From the human T2T-CHM13v2.0 reference genome, Homo sapiens: 64,000 nucleotides of DNA. Below the pieces are notes generated by a model. It worked only from the letters and a program-made list of their open reading frames with translations, was not told where the DNA came from and ran no database searches. The stretch lies in NCBI RefSeq assembly GCF_009914755.1, contig NC_060937.1; one strand, 5' to 3'. Positions 25,557-38,626 of this stretch are shown in pieces. Each line of letters begins with the position of its first letter. Position 1 is the stretch's first letter. A program made the position numbers and the translations under genes.

Positions 25557-25974
25557 AGTTCCATCTCCACTTTCCAGTGCTGTGGCATGCTCCAGGAGAA
25601 CTATTTCATATCAAGAGTATAGGGAACTATATGCACCTCTGTTCTTATATGCCAAAGAATTATCATTTTGTTGCTTTCCAGATGGTGCTTCATGTGTGGT
25701 AAAAAAAATGGGAAATTTTTATGTGCTTGCTTATGTGCTTATGTTCCTACATGCATTGACTCATGCCACTGTACCTTTCTATTTTACTAGGGGATACAGT
25801 TAACACATAGTTTTCTGCCTCTGGAACCACACTCTTCACTCTCTTCCACCAAGCCTAAAGGAATCTTTTCTTTTTTTTTTGGGGGGGCAGATGAAGAAAG
25901 CCTTCTATTTTCTCCTTTCATCCAGAGCACCATTCTCAGTCCTAACACTTTCTTTTTCTTACTTCATACATATG

Positions 25975-26475
25975 TAGTGGTATACTCTTCAGCCATAAAA
26001 ACAACGAAATCCTGTCATTTGTAGCAAAATAGAAGCTGGAGGACATTCTATTAAGTGAAATAAGCCAGGCACAGAAAGACAAATATTGCATCTTCTCACT
26101 TGTATGTGGGAGCTAAAAAGTTGATCTCATGATTCTGAAGAGTAGAATGGTGGTTACCAGAGGCTGGCAAATGTAGGGGAATTGGGGGAATAAAGAGAGG
26201 TTCGTTAATAGGTACAAAACTACAGTTAGATATAAGGTATAAGTTCCAGTGTTTGATAGGACAGGAGGGTGACTATAGTTAAAGATAACATATTATATAT
26301 TTCAAAATAGCTAGAAGAGAAGATTTAAAAATGTTCCTAACACAAAGAAATGATAAATATTTGAGGTGATGGATATCCTTACTGCCCAGGTTTGATCATT
26401 ACACATTGTATGCATATATCAAAATGTCAAATGTACCTCATAAATATGTATAATTATTATGTATCAATAAAAAAA
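25975..26475 (+). mobile_element. L1MA 3' end
   Basis: 'cagccataaaaa...taagtgaaataagccaggcacagaaagacaaata...aattattatgtatcaataaaaaaa'. Confidence 0.88.
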
Positions 26476-27215
26476 CACTGCTTACAGAGTTTTAAAAAGT
26501 CTATCTTAAGTCCTCAACTTTTGATAATGAAAGTCAGAAAGTCTCACACACTGCTTTTACTTTCCACGCTTATACCTTCCACTAACCCAATAGAGTGCCA
26601 AATAATTGCTTGCTTAAAATGTAGGGGTGAAAGGAACAGGTTAGAAATAATGAAAAGTTCAGTACAAAAATTGACAACAATGTAAACTTTAAAATAACAT
26701 CCAGAATACTTGCTTTAAAAGTAATCAAATATTTCTTTTTTGTGAACTTAATTAATTTCAGATATCTCAATCTTTGATGTATACTTCCTATACTCCTCAC
26801 TCAGTGTTCCCTGAATACCCCCTGCCTTGAATGTTTGACCTCATTAAGATATTTCATTCATTGACCCTCTCTTGTACATATTTTATTTTCACTTAGTTTA
26901 TATCTCATGGTTTATTTATGTAATCACTCATTTGAAAATATTCTCAACACTTGACTCTTCTTCCATTGGATTTCACATGCTTTGTCAATCTTTGTTGAAA
27001 TACATTATTCTTTGCTGGCCACTTAAACTCTCTCTTCCATCACTACTCCTAGATGATTATGTAGCCCCATCTTTTCTCCGTTTGATTATAAAACTAATAC
27101 AATCTCACTCATTTTGTTTTCCATTCTTTTCTGTTAATATTAATCAAGTGACTTTACTCTTTAAAGACAAATTTCTTCACTCATTCTTTTATTTTTCTAT
27201 TGTTTCTCTGCATCC

Positions 27216-27537
<322 letters not shown>

Positions 27538-27599
27538 TTCTCTACATTCTTTTCTAAATTGTATTTCTACTAGAGCATACATCTCAGCATGCAAACTTG

Positions 27600-29790
27600 A
27601 TACCCTTACTTATAAGTAAATAAGTTCATAAAAAACAATAAATCCTCCTTTGTCCCCTGTTTCCTTTCACCTGTAAGCCTAGATCATTTTCTATTCACAG
27701 CAAGAGTCCTTGGAAGTACTGTCTACCCTCAGTTTTTTATGCCTCCATCTTCATTCTTAGCCCTTTCCAAGGTTTGAGACCTTTGTCATGAGTGTTTTCC
27801 CAAACCTACGCTTCTTCAAGCCACAAGTAGTCCTCCTATTTCCAAATGTAAACATTAAAGCATTCAAATTTAATTAACTATTTCCTAGGCTTTCTAACCT
27901 CTTATTTATTTTCTTTCTTAGATCTTAATATTATTTATTATGCCATATGTTTTACATATTTTTGTTGTTGTTGTTTCTTATTTGTCTCCTTTCTCTGGAA
28001 TTTAATCTCCACAATTGCAGGAATGTTTGACCTTTTTCTTCATTACTGTTTCTCTGGTGCCTGAGGAATCCCTAACATAGAGTAGAGTTTAAGTTTTTTT
28101 TTCTCTATAGAGTAATTGAATAAAGGGACATTACTCTCTGTTTTTATATTACTAGTTTCTTAGATTTATTGAATATTAGCTGAAACATTGTCCTCCCTCT
28201 TGGCTTCTAAGGCAATACACAATTCAATTTTTCTTCCTAACACCTTTTTTTTTTTACTTTTCAGTGTTACTTGCTGAGTTCTTGCCCTTTTATCCTATTC
28301 TAAGGTTTAAGACTGTCACCCGGGTAAAAATGTTTTTCTATATATTCTATCCCTTATAAATTTTATTTGTATTATGATTTTAAAAGTTAACTTAATGTGG
28401 ATGATTTTAAGTTGGTAATCTCAGTCCAGACCTTTCCTCAGTTCTCAGATAGGTATCTATGTGTCCGCTTGACAAATTTACTTGGGTGTTTTCTGGTTGT
28501 CTCTAATTTAGCATGACCATGATAGAAATTTTGATTTTCTTCTTTCTAATGAGTTGCTCATCCAAGATCCTTCATTAGAGTGAATGATCTCACCATTCAC
28601 CTGGTGGCAAAAATCAGAACTCTTTGAATCTTCTATGATTACTCACATTCTCTCTGATTGACCTGCTCCACTATCAGAGGTACATAGCATGAGAGTCAAC
28701 TGTGAGCTTAAAGGTCAAGCCTCCACTTCTTCCATAAATATATTTCAAATGTGTTCACTTCTCACCATCTTATAATTTCACTAATGCAAGCTACATCGTC
28801 TTAAATCCTGAACCACTTTAATCATTTTATCACTGTTCTTATTTCCTATTCTGTATTTTCTTCACTCAGCAGCTAAAGAGTACTTTAAATACGTAAAACA
28901 AATAATGTAATCTCCACGTGGTCTCCATGTTTAAATAGTTTCTCATAGAAGTTGAAAAAAATCTTCTAAATTCTTTAGGAAGATTTGCAAGATCCTCTTT
29001 GACCTGGTCTTGTGCATTCTTATATCGTGCTCCCTTACTGCATTTGGCTCAAGTACACTGTTTATCCAGCAATTCCTACAAGAAAGCTTCTTTTTGGCCT
29101 CGGTGAACTTGAAATTATTTTTCCATATATCTGTAAACTTTTGCTCTCTACTCTTTACATGGCTGACTCTTCATTCTACACATCCAGTATAAATATTTCC
29201 TCTGGGAGAATCAGCCTCTCATAAACTTGTGCAGAAATAGGCTCCTTATTATTCTTTCTAGGCAATGACATGCTTATTTCTTAGCACATCAAAGCTGTAC
29301 TTCTTTTTCTTTTCTTTTCTTTTTTTTCTTTTTTTTTTTTTTTTGAGATAGAGTCTCGCCGTGATGCCCAGACTGGAGTGCAATGGTGCGATCTTGGCTC
29401 ACTGCAACCTCTGCCTAGTGAGTTCAAGCAATTCTTCTGCCCCAGACTCCCAAGTAGCTGGGACTATAGGAGTGCAGCATCAGGCCAGTCTGATTTTTGT
29501 ATTTTTAGTAGAGACAGGGTTTCACCATGTTGGCCAGGCTGGTCTCAAACTCCTGACCTCAAGTGATCTGCCTTCCAAAGTGCTGGGATTACAGGTGTGA
29601 GCCTCTGCGCCCAGCCCAAAAGTGTACATTTTTAATTGCTTTTCTTATTGCTTGCAGCTAATTATAATGCCAAGTCCATTTTGGACAGACCATGCCTTTC
29701 CCATTCACAGTGGAATCTCTAGCACCTAACCGTGTATTTGGCATAAGATTTCTGACCATGTCAGAGATCACTAAATAGTTGTTAAATAAA
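27600..29790 (+). mobile_element. L2 fragments (degenerate, interrupted)
   Basis: Pyrimidine-rich L2-like blocks, e.g. 'atctcagtccagacctttcc...ttgacaaatttacttgg' and 3' end 'atctctagcacctaac...aaatagttgttaaataaa'. Confidence 0.5.
29303..29616 (-). mobile_element. AluS
   Basis: Antisense Alu dimer with long T tract. Confidence 0.93.
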
Positions 29791-31189
29791 ATAACAGAAA
29801 AGAATTCTTAAAAATATGCCTTTTAATAATTGTCTTATAATAAAGATAATTAAGATGCCATTTAAGAAATAGCCTCTGCCTGGGTAATTTTTATTCATGA
29901 AATATTTAACAATCCTAGAGAGTAGCCCTGTTTAGTCATATTTTTTCTGTAATGAAACTAAGATGCACAGAGATTCATTTAATGGTATTCAAGAAGAAAA
30001 TGGTCCGGGCATGTATTAACTCAAAGGCTTATATTGTAATATATGATTATACGCCCAAATTTCAAACCTCCATCTCTATAGAAGTCAATATTATTGAAAG
30101 GATTTTGCCCTTCATTCCATCTTATATCTTTATTCTTTCTTTTTTACATTCATAGTAGAAACAAGTACTTCTTATGCCTTAACATTCGTTGATATGTGAG
30201 GATTGTTATACATATTTTAAAATGCTAAATTAGTACTTTGAATAACACTTCATGACAAAATCTCAGGACAGCTTATATGAAAGTATTGCTATAACTTGAT
30301 TTTTCAGCATGTTGTATAAAATTGAAATGGTAGTTAATCAAATGTTCTGGTTAAATTAAAGTTTATTCGTGTCGCTGTAAATGGTTCTGTTGCCCACAGT
30401 CCTAAAGTGTTTAATATAAAAGCAGCTACTTGGGAAAATGTAAATCACTGTTATTTTACATTACTAAGGCATCTGTAACATACTTTTCTCCCACTTTTAT
30501 ATATATTAACACATAGCAAAAGGTACTTCAGTTTAAACATCCAATAGCTCTCTAGAAATAATTTGCTTTTTATCTTCTGATAAACATTATAATCAGAGTA
30601 ACATTTTATAGTGAAGATCTGAATTATGGTACATGACAAAAATTTCTACAAAATCAGGAATATCATAAAATGAACGGGATCTCAAGATTTTTGGTTCACT
30701 CCTACACCATGTATCTGTAAACTTTTATTTACAGAAAAATCCACCTCTGAAGAATCCACCTCTGAAATAAACCTGGCAAGTAACTATGCAATTTCTCCTT
30801 GAAATATTTCAGTCCATCAGTATTTTATAACTAAAAAATTATAGAATCATAATTTTAATTTATTTAACATTACATTTTGCTAAATTATGTACCAAATAAT
30901 GATAATACACTTTGTATCAATTAATTTTTACTATATTTATATTTTGCATATTAAGTTTGTTTCCCATATTGTCTTTATGTTCTTAGGTGGAACTTGGAGT
31001 TCATGCTTTGTATAAACTTTTTCAAAATATGGTTAAATAAATCAAAATACTGTAGTAAAGTGCATATAAAAAAGTTTTCTTAGACAAAAAATGACATTGT
31101 GATTAACTATGTTATTGGTGATTACAGATTTCTGATTAATATTATGTGTTTTCTTATTTTATTAGTATAAATCTAAGGAATAAATTAGT

Positions 31190-33200
31190 AGATAACAGTG
31201 GTATCTACTACATGATGTAATTCCAAACACACATATATTTTCTTCCTCTCTTAACATTCCATAAGTGAAGGAACATAAGAATTGAAGGAATTGGGAGGTA
31301 GTCATATCAATGGATAAGAGATTTCAAAAAATGTTGATAACTAGCAACTAATGAAGCAGGAAAAGACACAGCTTAAATTATTGGTCAGAGGGACTGGGGC
31401 GGAAATAGTAGTATATTATCCCTGTAGGATACCATATCAGCTCAGATCTTAGAACACACAAGTATATAGAAGAAGTGTGTGAAATAGGAAAGAAGAAAAA
31501 AAGATTCACTGACACCTCCCATACATATTCCCATATGTACTATACTTTGTCCAATTATTTGTCATCTCCAAAAGGGTAGCTTGATAAAAGAGGATTAGAT
31601 TCTAAAAATTAAAATGAAAAACAAGATTAGAAAAACTTACGCAGCTATTATTCTAGAACAAAGATGCCTGTACTTAGCCATCTAGGCATATCAATGTTTA
31701 ATTGCTGATGCTCTGACTTTTATTCGTGAAGGGCAAAAATTCCCAGTTGAAAAATCCAGTCATGTGACTTAGATTTCTAATCAATTTTCTAAAAAACCTC
31801 ACTCCTAAATATGAATGTTATGCAATGAATATATATATTATGCAATGTTTACCATATATTTGAATAACGCCAACAATAAGAACATGAAAATCCAGATAAA
31901 CAAAGAAAAAAATACATAATATGACCCTAAAGAAGACAAATAATGCAAGAAACACAGCCAAATTAAAAATGAACAAGAAAAACTCCAACAGGATGCTGCA
32001 TTAATGTTGTAAGAACTGAAAGCTACATAAAATAAATATTTAAGAAACAGAAATAGGTTTTTGAAAAACATAAAAATCAATAGAATGTTTGAAGGAAAAC
32101 TAAAAATATCCCCAAATCAAGGAAATATATAAATTATTATATTATTTACATTATTTAATAAGAGAAAAAAGCATAGGGAACTAACACATAACAAAATACA
32201 TAGTAAACTATAATTTACAAAATAATTATCAAAATTTTCAAAACTGGATGGAAAGTTTCAGCACATATATGAAGAAAAAAACCTATATCAAGATACATTA
32301 TTTTGAAATTAAAGAAAACAATGTTTCCTTAGAGAAATAATATGTTATTACCTCTATAATAATAACAAGCACATTATTATTTTTTTTTCCAAGAAAGGAA
32401 TTAAAATCAAGCTAACACCATTTTTGTAATAAGCTTTCCTGTATGCCAGATATCTGACTGGAGCAATGTCTTTCTTAACAAGTTACTTTGAATAAGTTTT
32501 GATAAATAAGAAAATACACCTGACGGGCCGGGATTACGCCTGTAATCCCAGCACTTTGGGAGGCCGAGGCGGGCGGATCACCAGGTCAGGAGATGGAGAC
32601 CATCCTGGCTAACATGGTGAAACCTTGTCTCTACTAAAAATACAAAAAAATTAGCTGGGCGACGTGGCGGTCGCCTGTAGTCCCAGCTACTCGGGAGGCC
32701 GAGGCAGGAGAATGGCCTGAACTTGGGAGGTGGAGATTGCAGTGAGCCTGCGCTTGCAGTGAGCCAAGATCATGCCACTGCACTCCAGCCCGGACTACAG
32801 AGCGAGACTCCGTCTCAAAAAAAAAAAAAAAAAAAAGAAAAAGAAAAAAAAGAAAATACACCTGAAAGGCAGAAGACAAAGAAACTAGAAAATGTCAATA
32901 CAACCCAGAGAGTAATGTGAGATTCTCTTCAGTAGCCGAAAAATCAGTTGATAAGGATGGGAGTAACAGGGTGGAGTTGTTGGCATACAGATTTTAGAAG
33001 ACAAAAAACAATTCCAGAGATTTGTTTAAGTCCTTGGGCAAACTTTGGGGAAAATAGGTGAAAATCATAATGATATAACAAAATAAATTAATCATAGTGC
33101 ATTAATTGGCTTTCAAGTAAAAATTTGTACATGATAGTCAGTAAATGGCATCTTTTCATTTTCAACTTTTGGAATCACACAGTATATATCTGAGACTGCA
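31190..33200 (+). mobile_element. Very old L1M 5'/ORF1-like remnants
   Basis: A-rich degenerate ORF1-like text, e.g. 'acctatatcaagatacattattttgaaatt', 'aaaatcaagctaacacca'. Confidence 0.35.
32524..32849 (+). mobile_element. AluY with rearranged 5' end and internal duplication
   Basis: Diagnostic 'accatcctggctaac' and 'gaatggc'; perfect 16-bp TSD aagaaaatacacctga (32508-32523, 32850-32865). Confidence 0.92.
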
Positions 33201-33519
33201 AACTAGTTGCCTAAGTTGGAGATTCAGTTGAAAGATAAGGATTTTAGATCTTAATGCATTTAATATTTTAATGATTGTGGTATTTCATATAAATATTATT
33301 TTTTCCAAACTCTCTCCCCAAATCAGAACATAGGAAGTCATATCTTATGTCACAAATGGACTAGTGTAAGATAATTGATGTCTCTTTTAGATGAAACTTG
33401 CTTTCTTTGGTTCTCCAGTGTTCCCCAGACTATAGCAAAAGTAAAATGAAAATTGCCGTTTATATTGTTTAGCTTTATGTTTTCAATGAAATAGACTAAA
33501 AATTGATTATTTTCTTAAT

Positions 33520-34275
<756 letters not shown>

Positions 34276-34634
34276 ATTAACGTGCTTTAAGAAAAATGGG
34301 AGATAGAATACTTTGAGAAAAAGAGATAATTTTTATATAATTAATTTTAAAAGCATATATAAATTGAATGAGTATAGCTTGAGTCCCCAGGGAAAAAAAT
34401 ATAACTCATGTAAAGAAGTAAAAACAAAATACAAAATTTAAAGCCTTGACAGAGAACACTTTCAATAATAAAAATAAAGTTTGAGCTACTAAAGGAAATG
34501 TAATTGTATGTTAAGTGAAAACTTCTTAATAAATGCTGACTGTAAAAAAGTGTTTATTGAATGAATATAGCAAATATTGGTTGTACTAAATAGAAACATA
34601 CATTTGTTAATAAAAATTCAAGTACAAATTTTCT

Positions 34635-34932
34635 TTTCTGTTCTTTTGTTTTGTTTTTAGAGATTGGGTCTTACTCTGTCACCCAGGCTGGAGTGCAGTG
34701 GCACAATCATGACTCCCTGCAGCCTCAACTTCCCCAGGCTCAGGTGATCCTCCTGCCTCAGCCTCCTGAGTAGCTGGGACTACAGGCAGGAATCACCACA
34801 CTCAGCTAATTTGTAGAAATGGGGGGTTTTGCCATGTTGCTCCAGCTGGTCTCAAATTCCTGGGCCCATGCGATCTACTGCCTCAGCTGCCCAAAGTGCT
34901 AGGATTACAGGTGTAAGCTACTGCACCTGGCC
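34635..34932 (-). mobile_element. AluJ
   Basis: 'ctgcagcctcaac...aggctcaggtgatcctcct' J-type; TSD ttcaa(g/c)tacaaattttct. Confidence 0.9.
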
Positions 34933-35007
34933 TTCAACTACAAATTTTCTAAACTTTGTTTTTTGACATTATGAATATAAACTTTCACCTGAAATTCTGT
35001 GAAATAG

Positions 35008-35305
<298 letters not shown>

Positions 35306-35528
35306 TAGATTTTTTAAAAGAAGCATTTCATATTGCAGTTGATAACTACATAGATACAAAAAGAAAGCTACATGGCTACAATATTTAACTATTAACAATA
35401 TTTATGTGGTCAAAAGTCTACTGGACACAATGCCAAAAACACTCAATATTCTGATGTTACCTATTGTATGTATTTGGAAAGTGTTTAAATCTTCATGTAC
35501 ATCGATCAAAATAGATGCTAATGTAGAT

Positions 35529-35743
35529 CAAGGTTAAAAAACAGCTTACAGGCGAAATCTGGCTTGCCACCTAATTTGTGTATAGAGTTTTATCTACACA
35601 GTCACACATCTTTATTTATGTATTGTCTGTGGCTGCTTTCCCATTAAAACGGCAGCACTGAGTAACTTACATGGAACCTACAGCCCACAAAGCCTAAAAT
35701 ATTTAGCATGTGGCCCTCTACAGACAACATGTTTCACCCCTTG
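35529..35743. mobile_element. MER58A
   Basis: Similar to the 15339-15566 copy ('aaatctggc...gtattgtctgtggctgct...aaagcctaaaatattt'). Confidence 0.75.
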
Positions 35744-35751
35744 TTATGAAT

Positions 35752-35950
35752 CAGCACTTTACAATGAAACCTTCTGAGTTAATGGAAATACGGTATATCT
35801 GTGTTGTACAAGATGGTTGCTACTAACCACATGGGGCTATTGAGGATTTCAAATATGGCTAATATTACATAGGAACACAATTTTTATTTAACTTAATTTC
35901 CGCTTTAACAACCACATGTAGCTAGTGGTTATCCTACCACACAGTGCAGC
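35752..35950. mobile_element. MER3-type hAT MITE
   Basis: 'actaaccacatggggctattgag...accacatgtagctagtggtta...acagtgcag'. Confidence 0.7.
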
Positions 35951-37224
35951 TATATATAGATAGTATTCCAGCTGTGATAACTAGTGTATAATCTTAGTTA
36001 AGAAATTGAAATACAGTGTGGCAGCATGTTTTCAAGAATGCAAGCTATAAATACATTATTGCACCATTCACAATAATTGCTCCATTTCAGGAAGTTAAAA
36101 AGTGAATGGAAAGCCCTTGAATGCAACAATTAACACAATATTACAGACTTTTAAGGTGTCACAAAAATAATGCTTTTCTAGGTATGTTGTATGCACAACA
36201 TGGTTGATTGCTCTACCACAAAGAGAATTTGGTATGATAATGCTGAAGACAATTTTTGAACTGTTAAGAGAAATGAAGTTGTCCCTCTCAACTCAGTGAA
36301 AATGTATGTTTTAGTTTTCTGAAAACAGTAGAATTAAAATTTAGTGAAGTTTTTTTGACATAAACCCTAACTAAATAGTGAGTATTTCTTAGTAATTGCC
36401 CCTTATTACATATAACAAGGTATAGAATTTATTTTGCTCGTCCTGACAGAAATGATTTCTTTGGGAAACTCATTTGGCAAGGAATAATCTGACCCAATTT
36501 TCTACACAGATATAAGTTTTCAGAAATGAAAGTAATATTCTGAACTACATTCCTATAAATTGTGAAATTAAATATTAGATTTTAGAAAATGTTCTCTGAT
36601 TTCTTGTTTTATGAAAATGAACTTTGTTCAGTTCACCTCACTCAATGAATATTGATGGTGTGAATGAAGAGCTTCAAGTAGATGTTACTGAACTACAATA
36701 AATATATGATACTAAAAATTAAATCTGATAATGCTGGCATATTGGAATTCTACAAATACCTTGGGACATGTTACCATAAATATAAAAACCATTGTGAAAA
36801 AATTATATCTATCTTTGGAAGCACTTACAATGGTGAACAGCTGTATTCTACTATAAAACTGAACATAATTAAATATTTTTCCATGTTAAATGATTCAAAG
36901 CTGACTTATTGCATGCTACAAAACCGAAAGCAGAAGAATGACATTGATGTTTCCTGGTGAACAACAAAAGGAGTCGAATATCTGAAACTAAATAAAAGAA
37001 AGAATGGAGTTGGAAATATATACACATATATTATCTTCAAATATGTTTTATTATCAATTTAAAATGTAAAGTGCAGCACTTGACACCATATATATTATAC
37101 TTTTATTCTTTGTTTATATAACATAAACACTTATATATTTTACAAGGATATATTTTTGTGTGATATGTATATTAAATTATTATATTACTTAACCAAATAA
37201 TTTAATTTTACTTCTGGTACTTAA

Positions 37225-37226
37225 TT

Positions 37227-37261
<35 letters not shown>

Positions 37262-37889
37262 TATAAGATGGAGTCTTGCTCTTTCCCCTGGGGTGGAGTG
37301 CAGTGACATGGTCATGGTTCATTGCAGGCTTGACCTCCCAGGCTCAAGCAGTCCTTCCACCTTGATATGGTTTGGCTGTGTCCCCACCTGAATTTCATCT
37401 TGAATTCCCACATGTTGTGCAAGGTACCCCATGGGAGGTAATTGAATCATGAAGGCAGGTCTTTCCCCTGCTGTTCTCATGATAGCAAATAAGTCTTACA
37501 AGATGTGATGGCTTTGAAAAGGAGAGTTTCCCTGCACAAGCTCTCTTCTCTTGTCAACCGCCATGTGAGATGTGCCTTTCATCTTGCCCCATGATTGTGA
37601 GGCCTCCCTAGCCAAGTGGAGCTGTAAGTCCATTAAACCTCTTTCTTTTGTAAATTGCCCCATCTTGAGTATGTGTTTATCAGCAATGAAAATGAACTAA
37701 TACACACCTCAGCCTGTCAAGTACCTAGAACCAAAGATGCATATCACCATGCCTGACTAGTTTTTAAACATATTTTTGAGAGACAGGGTCTCACTATGTT
37801 GCCCAGGCTGGTTTCAGTTGGCCTTAAGTGGTCCTCCCACCTCAGCCTTTCAAAGTGCTGGAATTACAGGAATGAGCCACCCCACCAAG
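37225..37889 (-). mobile_element. AluJ with (TTTA)n tail, split by THE1
   Basis: Alu text 'gtccttccacct' resumes as 'cacctcagcc' after the LTR. Confidence 0.88.
37363..37704 (+). mobile_element. THE1 (THE1B-like) solo LTR
   Basis: TGATATGGTTTGGCTGTGTCCCCACC...GAACTAATACA; perfect 5-bp TSD CACCT. Confidence 0.95.
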
Positions 37890-38626
37890 CATTTTTTCTT
37901 ATTTCTACCATTGTCCACTTATTTGTGTTTACTACATTGCCTTTGTAGGCATTTGAGTTTTTGATTCCCACAATAGACAAAGCAAAGGTGACTTCATTAT
38001 ATTTAGAGAACAAATGTCAAATTTCAAACATGAATATATAGCTGGGAGATTTAAAGGATGTTGAGAAGTGTAGGAATGCAAATATCCTCATCTTACAAAC
38101 AATGATGGGCAGGAGGTAATAGCTAGGGTTGCTAGAATTATAAATACTAGTGCTGTAATATTGACATTTATAATGGTAATTGATAGAGGAACTCAAAAGA
38201 GTATTATTATTAAATTAGAGGGGATGAATTTACTTGTGGGATATTAAATATCATAAACACTTATCAGTCAAAACAGAATGTAAATTGATTGATTTTAAAA
38301 AGTAGGAGAAATATATTATTTAGAAATGTGGTAAAAAATATGGAAACTTTTTTTTAGAAATTAAATCAATTCCCCCTGGGAGGTTGACTTGGGCTTATGA
38401 GGAGCAGGTCAGGAATTACTGATATTCATTATAGTCTTTTTTAGCACAATTTGATTATTTAATAGAGTACAGCATTGCTTTCATAACAGCTATTTTGGTA
38501 TATATTTAAAACTTTGAATAATAAAACACACCAAAATAACAAGACTTATCTTGGAATCTAATAAATTTGTTAATACCTCCTCTCCCTGAGAAGAATCAAG
38601 AATGAGGGATGAAGAAATGGATGCTG

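Larger units (their letters stand above)
35960..37970 (+). mobile_element. Charlie-type hAT transposon fossil with transposase remnant
   Basis: ORF 36682-36960 encodes EFYKYL...IISIFGSTYNGEQLYSTIK...LNDSKL (hAT dimerisation motif FGSTYxCEqxFS); Charlie-like end 'gtaggcatttgagttt' at ~37945. Confidence 0.7.

Noticed and set aside
30738-30768. 15-bp tandem duplication aatccacctctgaa(g)
   Set aside because: Isolated slippage event with no supporting context
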